Shown: piece by piece, positions 58,899 to 64,000 of the stretch
Numbering within the stretch: the first letter of the stretch is position 1
Layout: each line of letters opens with the position of its first letter
DNA from: a virus
Direction: 5' to 3' (one strand)
IMG/VR virus record: IMGVR_UViG_3300008266_000002
Length of the DNA stretch: 64,000 nucleotides
Translations under genes and position numbers: made by a program
Notes under the pieces: generated by a model
Told to the model about the DNA's origin: nothing
What the model saw: only the letters and a program-made list of their open reading frames with translations
The model's database searches: none

Positions 58899-58937
58899 AA
58901 AAAGGCTTGCTTCGGTAAGCCTTTTTTTGTATCTTTA
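58899..58937 (+). terminator. UUCG-tetraloop terminator overlapping a Bacteroidota-type promoter
   Basis: AAAAAGGCTTGC-TTCG-GTAAGCCTTTTT; CTTG(58906)-N20-TATCTTTA(58930). Confidence 0.8.
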
Positions 58938-58964
58938 AGTTATAATATAAAACACAATAAGGTT

Positions 58965-59306
58965 ATGAAAAAATTTATTGAAGTAAGACTAGACATTGAA
59001 GGTCTTCACAACTGGCCAGATTGTAATCTGCCTCATGTAGAATACCTCAAGTATCCACACAGACACACGTTTGTTATTCATTGTAGAGTAGAAGTCTCTC
59101 ATGGAAATCGTGACGTTGAGTTTATCGATTTCAAACACAATATTAAACAATTTATTGCAAAACGTTGGTATGATCCAACTTATGGCTGTTGTAACTTTGG
59201 TTCAATGAGCTGTGAAATGATCGCAGAAACTTTATTAGATCAATTTGGACTCTGTAGATGTTCAGTGTCTGAAGATAATGAATTTTGGGGGATTGTAGAG
59301 CTATGA
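58965..59306 (+). CDS. QueD-like T-fold protein (DpdL-like, putative CDG decarboxylase)
   Basis: EGLHNW, LKYPHRHTF (LxxxHRHxF instead of QueD CxxxHGH), SCEMIAE and VSEDNE motifs. Confidence 0.65.
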   Translation: MKKFIEVRLDIEGLHNWPDCNLPHVEYLKYPHRHTFVIHCRVEVSHGNRDVEFIDFKHNIKQFIAKRWYDPTYGCCNFGSMSCEMIAETLLDQFGLCRCSVSEDNEFWGIVEL

Positions 59307-59770
59307 TACAAACAAAGAAGGTAGTACTACTATTTGGAAAGATTTGCAGTGGTAAAAGCACATATGCAGATGCATTATGTTTTGTCACTAAAGCAAAGCG
59401 CATTACAGTGTCAGATATTGTAAAAAGAATATCAGGCAAAGCAACTCGAAGTGAATTACAAGACACAGCTCATATGGATCAACTCATAACACATGAGCTT
59501 GCTGCTGAATGTAAAAAGTATGATAAGGTTATTGTGGATGGCATTAGACAGGTTAGTATTGTGGAAGGTATGATAAACTATTTTGGTGCAGAGAACATTG
59601 ACATGGTTTGGTTAGAGGTTCCAGACGAAGTACGTAGACATAGATTCTATAGTAGGTCAGTATCAAAGGATGATATTACATTTGAGGAGGCCGATAAAAG
59701 AGATGAGAAATTAGGGCTGTTAGAGTTGCAAAATACACTAAAAAGTTCCTATATTGTTATAAATAATTAA
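59303..59770 (+). CDS. P-loop nucleoside monophosphate kinase-like protein
   Basis: GKICSGKST, IVDGIRQ and lid-type R..R...R; ATG 59303 overlaps the previous stop. Confidence 0.75.
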   Translation: MIQTKKVVLLFGKICSGKSTYADALCFVTKAKRITVSDIVKRISGKATRSELQDTAHMDQLITHELAAECKKYDKVIVDGIRQVSIVEGMINYFGAENIDMVWLEVPDEVRRHRFYSRSVSKDDITFEEADKRDEKLGLLELQNTLKSSYIVINN

Positions 59771-59784
59771 ACAAATAAAGTTAT

Positions 59785-60426
59785 ATGCAACTACTAAAAA
59801 AGGCTAATGGTAACCTTCCTCGTACGGATGAGGAGAAAAAACAAATGATTGATAAAGCTGCAGAGTATTATGGTCAGTTTCTAAATGCATTAGGATTTGA
59901 TTGGGCAGCTGATCCACACTCAGCCAATACTCCAAGAAGAGTGGCTAAAGCATGGGTTAATGACTTAATTGCTGGATCTATAAATGAGGAGCCGGAGATC
60001 ACAGCTTTCCCTAATGATGAGGGATATACTGGATTAATTTGTCAGACTAGAATACCAGTTATGAGTATGTGTGCTCATCATAATCTAACATTCTCAGGAG
60101 TAGCTCATGTAGCTTATTTGCCAGGTAAAGAGAAGAATGATATGGTAGTTGGATTGAGTAAGCTTAATCGTATTGTTGATTTCTATTCTCGTAGACCAAA
60201 TATTCAAGAGTCTCTTACAAAACAAATTCACGATCATATTGATAGACTGTGTATTGGTAATAGAGGTGTCGCTGTTGTTATTGAATCACAGCACAATTGT
60301 GTGAAGTGTAGAGGTATTAAGCAAGACTCAGTAATGAAAACTTCACAGATGTCTGGATACTTCTGGACTAATGAAATTGGCACTCGCCAGGAATTTTTTA
60401 ACTTAATCGATCAAAGTAGATATTAG
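59785..60426 (+). CDS. folE: GTP cyclohydrolase I
   Basis: TPRRVAK, SMCAHH, GLSKLNR, RPNIQE and HNCVKCRG motifs. Confidence 0.95.
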   Translation: MQLLKKANGNLPRTDEEKKQMIDKAAEYYGQFLNALGFDWAADPHSANTPRRVAKAWVNDLIAGSINEEPEITAFPNDEGYTGLICQTRIPVMSMCAHHNLTFSGVAHVAYLPGKEKNDMVVGLSKLNRIVDFYSRRPNIQESLTKQIHDHIDRLCIGNRGVAVVIESQHNCVKCRGIKQDSVMKTSQMSGYFWTNEIGTRQEFFNLIDQSRY

Positions 60427-60427
60427 T

Positions 60428-61216
60428 ATGGACTTTTACGTTATATCACCAGTCAGTAACTTAGAACCAATGAAGTTGGGAGATAGGATATTTGTACTCG
60501 CTCACTTGTGGGTACAATTTCCTGAATACAGAGAGTTTATTCTGCAACGAAAGGCAGAAGGAGCTTTCATTACATTAGACAACTCAGCTGCTGAAAGAGC
60601 TTTAGTAACTGAGGATGTACTGATACAAATTTGCCATGAACTCAAGCCTAACGAAGTTATTGCACCTGACGTACTGTTTGATAAAGACGCTACGATCAAA
60701 AACGCAATGAGCTTTGCTGAAAGGTTAGTGGGTGAAGGTCTTGAAGATACTGTGGAGATGTTCTTCTGTCCGCAAGGGAAAACAAAGCAGGATTGGCTAG
60801 AGTGTTACTTGTGGGGATTAACTCAAAAGTATATTCACACAATCGGCTTTTCTAAGATTGCAATTCCACAAGCATGGTTGGATAACTGGAAAGATGATCA
60901 GGGTATTAAAGAAGCTCGTCACATGGCGTATGATTATCTCAAAGAGCGTAATCTGTTATTGAAGCCAATTCACTGTCTTGGTCAGGGAGATCCAACTGAG
61001 TTTGCTTATTATGATCATCCAATGATGAGAAGTACAGATTCAGTGTATCCGATCCTAGCTGCAACATTAGGACAAGACTTTACAAAGGATCATACTACGA
61101 GAACTCCAACACCACACAACTTTCTAGAGACGTGCGATATGTCGATGGTTGATGTTGGCATCATTAAGAGAAATGTAGCGTTCTTGAGAGAGCAATGCCA
61201 CTCAATTAAAAACTAG
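60428..61216 (+). CDS. TGT/DpdA-like TIM-barrel transglycosylase
   Basis: TLDNSAAE, APDVL, CPQG, HCLG and RSTDS match the DS/D/QG/HxLG/DS order of TGT-family enzymes; follows folE. Confidence 0.6.
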   Translation: MDFYVISPVSNLEPMKLGDRIFVLAHLWVQFPEYREFILQRKAEGAFITLDNSAAERALVTEDVLIQICHELKPNEVIAPDVLFDKDATIKNAMSFAERLVGEGLEDTVEMFFCPQGKTKQDWLECYLWGLTQKYIHTIGFSKIAIPQAWLDNWKDDQGIKEARHMAYDYLKERNLLLKPIHCLGQGDPTEFAYYDHPMMRSTDSVYPILAATLGQDFTKDHTTRTPTPHNFLETCDMSMVDVGIIKRNVAFLREQCHSIKN

Positions 61217-61239
61217 TATATTTATACTAAAAAGATTTA

Positions 61240-61944
61240 ATGAAGATATCACAACTAAAAAAGCTTATTCGAGAGGTTGTTCGTAATGAACTGGGGCTGG
61301 ATGAAAAACTAGCACTTAAAAGCTATACTGAATATGCCAAATTAGTTACTCAAGCCTATGTAGATGCACCACCTTACGAGTCGTCAGCTGTGAGTCATTG
61401 GAATGCTCTAAGAACTTCAAACTACACTTGGTGGAAACGTCTTATTAGTGAGGTAGAGGTAATTTTTGTTAGTGGAGAATCTAAATACAAGAATAAACCA
61501 AGCACACTTAGTATTGCAGGAAAAGCGTATCCACTAGAGTATTTGCAAGGAGGGCAACCTTATGATACAGCATCTCAGATGGCCAACTCCTATAAAAATG
61601 AAGGAAAGCTGTATATATCAATTGACTACTCTGATCACCCATTATGGTCTGTAGAGGATAATATTGTTTTTCGTACAGTGCATGATTATATTGTACATAT
61701 TAGAGGTGGATTTGAATTTGGGCTTAAAGGGGAGTTGGGGTCATATAACCTACACGCTAAGTTAGCACCAAAGGCTGCATTGCCTGCTCTGTTTACAGAA
61801 ATTGTTGGTCAAGCTGCTTATGCAGTAACAAATGGAGATTTTCCATCCCAACAGAAGATTGCCATACTTCCTGGGTTTAATTATCTGAATGTGGGTGAGG
61901 TAGAGGGCTACGATATTAAAGATAAAACCTTAGTTAAGAAATAA
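61240..61944 (+). CDS. Leader-tagged cassette protein 7 with HDxxxH/E putative metal-binding domain
   Basis: MKISQLKKLIREVVRNELGLDE leader; FRTVHDYIVH...GE...H...ALFTE; TATTTATA at 61219. Confidence 0.65.
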   Translation: MKISQLKKLIREVVRNELGLDEKLALKSYTEYAKLVTQAYVDAPPYESSAVSHWNALRTSNYTWWKRLISEVEVIFVSGESKYKNKPSTLSIAGKAYPLEYLQGGQPYDTASQMANSYKNEGKLYISIDYSDHPLWSVEDNIVFRTVHDYIVHIRGGFEFGLKGELGSYNLHAKLAPKAALPALFTEIVGQAAYAVTNGDFPSQQKIAILPGFNYLNVGEVEGYDIKDKTLVKK

Positions 61945-61985
61945 AACACGCCCCCAGACAAAAAAGAGCCAACCTAGTGTTGGCT
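61943..61985 (+). repeat. 43-bp direct repeat, copy 1, containing the CTAGT-loop terminator
   Basis: aaaacacgcccccagacaaaaaagagccaacctagtgttggct. Confidence 0.9.
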
Positions 61986-62036
61986 ATTTTTAATTAGAGG
62001 TATATATTTATAAGTAAATTACAAACATAAACAAAA

Positions 62037-62294
62037 ATGAAAACCTCAGAATTTAGAAAATTAATCCGCGAAGAAGTTCGTAAAGTATTAAAAGAAGATA
62101 ACACTGCAGACTTAAATGCTCTCGAACAAAAATTAAGGAGCCATGATTGGTATTACATGTATAGTGATGATCATAGTGCTTATCTAGAGGGCTCACAAGA
62201 AGCTTCTGATATTCAAGCTTTAGTGGATAAATTAGGTGAAGAGGGTAGAGAGCTTTATCAGCAAGCTTTTGATAAACACTTCAAACGATCCTAG
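62037..62294 (+). CDS. Leader-tagged cassette protein 8 (MKTSEFRKLIREEVRKVLKE)
   Basis: TATTTATA at 62003; payload with HDWYYMYSDD motif; bracketed by the direct repeats. Confidence 0.7.
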   Translation: MKTSEFRKLIREEVRKVLKEDNTADLNALEQKLRSHDWYYMYSDDHSAYLEGSQEASDIQALVDKLGEEGRELYQQAFDKHFKRS

Positions 62295-62306
62295 ATGAGA
62301 TTTTAA

Positions 62307-62349
62307 AAAACACGCCCCCAGACAGAAAATAGCCAACCTAGTGTTGGCT
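62307..62349 (+). repeat. 43-bp direct repeat, copy 2 (41/43 identical to copy 1)
   Basis: aaaacacgcccccagacagaaaatagccaacctagtgttggct. Confidence 0.9.
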
Positions 62350-62374
62350 TTTTGATTTTTTAGTAGTATATTTA
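62343..62374 (+). promoter_or_regulatory. Bacteroidota-type promoter of polA, with its -33 element inside the hairpin arm
   Basis: GTTG(62343)-N20-TATATTTA(62367). Confidence 0.6.
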
Positions 62375-62394
62375 GGTTATAAAAATAACAACAC

Positions 62395-64000
62395 ATGAGC
62401 AAAAGTTACAAGATTATTACAGATCAAGCTGGTGTAGTAGAGTTAGCTAACTACATCAAGAACGGAAACATTATTGCGTACGATATCGAGACCACCAGTG
62501 TCAATCCAAGAACGGGAATGATCATTGGTTTCTCTGTATCTGCAAACATCGATGAAGGGTATTACTTTCCAACCAGATATTGGGATAATGAGAGTCAAGC
62601 TCTTATAGATTCCTACATCGGAGGTAAGAAGTGTGATGATATAGCTAAACAACTGATCACCTTACTCAAAGGTAAAAAGCTGGTCATGCATAACGGATCA
62701 TTCGATATTCGATTCACTAAAAACTTTTATGGTATTGACTTGAGAGAGGATCTATATTGTGATACGATGTTACTTACACACACTCTTCGAGAGGATGGTC
62801 CTTTCGGTTTGAAGCCATTAGCAATAGAATTACAACACGAGTTAGGAATCAATGCTGAGAAGGAAGCCAACGAAGAGCAGGTCTTAATGAAAGAGAATAT
62901 CAAAAAGAATGGTGGTAGTACTTCAAAAGAAAACTATGAAATCTACAAAGCTGATATGGAATTGCTAGGAAACTATGCAGCAGCCGATACAGACTTGACT
63001 CTACGATTGATGACATACTTTCTGCCAATTCTTAAAGAACAAGAGTTGTGGGATTTCTTTTTTGTGGATGAGGTAATGCCACTCTACAAGACAGTAACAA
63101 TACAGATGGAAGAGACTGGTACTGAGCTTGACATGGAATTGATTCGCAAGACTAAGAATGATATCACAAAGGATCTTGAAAGGTTAGAACGTGAGATCAT
63201 CGATGACCTTATGGCTATTCCAGAAGTTAAACAATGGGTTATGTTTAAAGCCACAAAAGCGTTCCCACCAAAGAAGAGAGGTCGATATGCATTAGCCATC
63301 AATCAAATAGAAGCTGTCAATCGTAAAGGTGTTGTGGATTTTCTTGCCACTGGAGACGAAAGCTATCTCGATCCAAGAGATGCAGTGAAGGTTAGTCTCG
63401 ATTTGTGGAAAGAAAAAGAGGGTAGCTATCTTAACATCAGTAGTAAACAACAGTTAGGAGATATTGTATTCAAGTATCTTAAAATCAAACCTCTCAGTCA
63501 AACTCGTAAAGGTACAGATCAATTTAATGACGATATGATCGAGCACTTGAGTAAAAGTTACGAATGGGCTGCTAAGCTACGAGACTATAACAAGCTAAAT
63601 AAGATCAACTCAGCCTACATTGATCGTTTCTTGGATGGTAATGAGGATGGAAGATACTATTGGTATTTCAAGCAACATGGGACTACTTCAGGTCGTTTTA
63701 GCTCAGATTGTCAACAAATGCCTCGTGTATTAGAAGAAGGTGAGGTGAGTGATTTAGTATTAAGATACAACAACATTCTAAGAAGTTTCTTGAAAGCTGA
63801 GGATGGTCGTAGGTTTATTATTTGTGACCAATCATCTCTAGAACCAAGAGTGTTTGCTTCAGTAAGTAATGACCCTAACCTAATTAATGTATTCTTAGAC
63901 AATGAGGATCTTTATAGTAGAGTAGCTATACAAGCATTCAAACTAAAAGGAATGTCGGCTAAGAAGAACGATGAGAACTATGTCAAGAAGGTTAGACCTG
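62395..64000 (+). CDS. polA: Family A DNA polymerase with 3'-5' exonuclease, 3'-truncated by the window and absent from the ORF track
   Basis: MSKSYKII...; ExoI AYDIETTS, ExoII HNGSFD, ExoIII YAAADT, HGTTSGRFSS, motif A ICDQSSLEPRV. Confidence 0.92.
   Translation, partial: MSKSYKIITDQAGVVELANYIKNGNIIAYDIETTSVNPRTGMIIGFSVSANIDEGYYFPTRYWDNESQALIDSYIGGKKCDDIAKQLITLLKGKKLVMHNGSFDIRFTKNFYGIDLREDLYCDTMLLTHTLREDGPFGLKPLAIELQHELGINAEKEANEEQVLMKENIKKNGGSTSKENYEIYKADMELLGNYAAADTDLTLRLMTYFLPILKEQELWDFFFVDEVMPLYKTVTIQMEETGTELDMELIRKTKNDITKDLERLEREIIDDLMAIPEVKQWVMFKATKAFPPKKRGRYALAINQIEAVNRKGVVDFLATGDESYLDPRDAVKVSLDLWKEKEGSYLNISSKQQLGDIVFKYLKIKPLSQTRKGTDQFNDDMIEHLSKSYEWAAKLRDYNKLNKINSAYIDRFLDGNEDGRYYWYFKQHGTTSGRFSSDCQQMPRVLEEGEVSDLVLRYNNILRSFLKAEDGRRFIICDQSSLEPRVFASVSNDPNLINVFLDNEDLYSRVAIQAFKLKGMSAKKNDENYVKKVRP

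Noticed and set aside
56168-60426. Reading queD/queE/folE as tRNA queuosine or folate auxiliary metabolism
   Set aside because: No queC, queF or queA in the window, while a DpdA-like gene, a QueD paralog, a kinase and polA are linked. DNA modification is the better reading, though unproven.
61943-62349. Direct repeats as a mini-CRISPR array or IS ends
   Set aside because: Only two copies, separated by a 321-bp promoter+gene segment, with no cas or transposase gene in the window.
675-63902. Numerous minus-strand and alternate-frame ORFs in the track (e.g. 37214-38035, 28531-29061, 41945-42364, 63084-63302)
   Set aside because: They lie inside well-supported plus-strand genes and read as antisense shadows (poly-Pro opposite poly-Gly, poly-Ser opposite poly-Glu), with no motifs or promoters.
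1-64000. Stop-codon reassignment, as seen in some large Bacteroidota phages
   Set aside because: Core genes are full length in the standard code, and TAG and TGA both end genes at sensible positions (e.g. dut, folE, 34192 gene).
1-64000. tRNA/rRNA genes, introns and inteins
   Set aside because: Intergenic gaps are short and AT-rich with no cloverleaf seen. Terminase, helicase, RecA and RNR are normal length with no visible intein or intron insertions.

Overview
This is a 64-kb segment of a large, AT-rich, lytic T4-like myophage, with essentially every gene on the + strand. The host is most likely a Bacteroidota: promoters fit TTG-N19/20-TAnnTTTA and upstream regions are A-rich without Shine-Dalgarno sites. 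Gene order: virion and accessory genes plus a holin/spanin-like set; head module (terminase, portal, gp21-type protease, scaffold, gp23-type capsid); PhoH; neck; fibre and glycine-rich adhesin-like genes; sheath, tube, chaperone (probable programmed frameshift), tape measure and baseplate; replication genes (short PolA, SSB, RecA, 5'-3' exonuclease, helicase); nucleotide metabolism (class II RNR, dUTPase, ferritin); a 7-deazaguanine DNA-modification cluster; and a full PolA running off the right edge. Three patterns stand out. (1) At least eight stand-alone cassettes share a TATTTATA-type promoter and an N-terminal helical leader (MKxSxxRxLI(R/K)EExxxVL(K/R)E) ending in a prohead-protease-type LxE site, followed by mostly unrelated payloads. 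Several are bounded by related hairpins and one by a 43-bp direct repeat. This looks like a modular capsid-cargo delivery system. (2) The deazaguanine cluster also contains a nucleotide kinase, a second dUTPase-fold enzyme and an adjacent PolA, suggesting guanine replacement at the nucleotide level before replication. (3) [S/T]-x-S tripeptides are strongly concentrated in the variable parts of virion proteins. All calls come from motif recognition by eye; no database searches were run.
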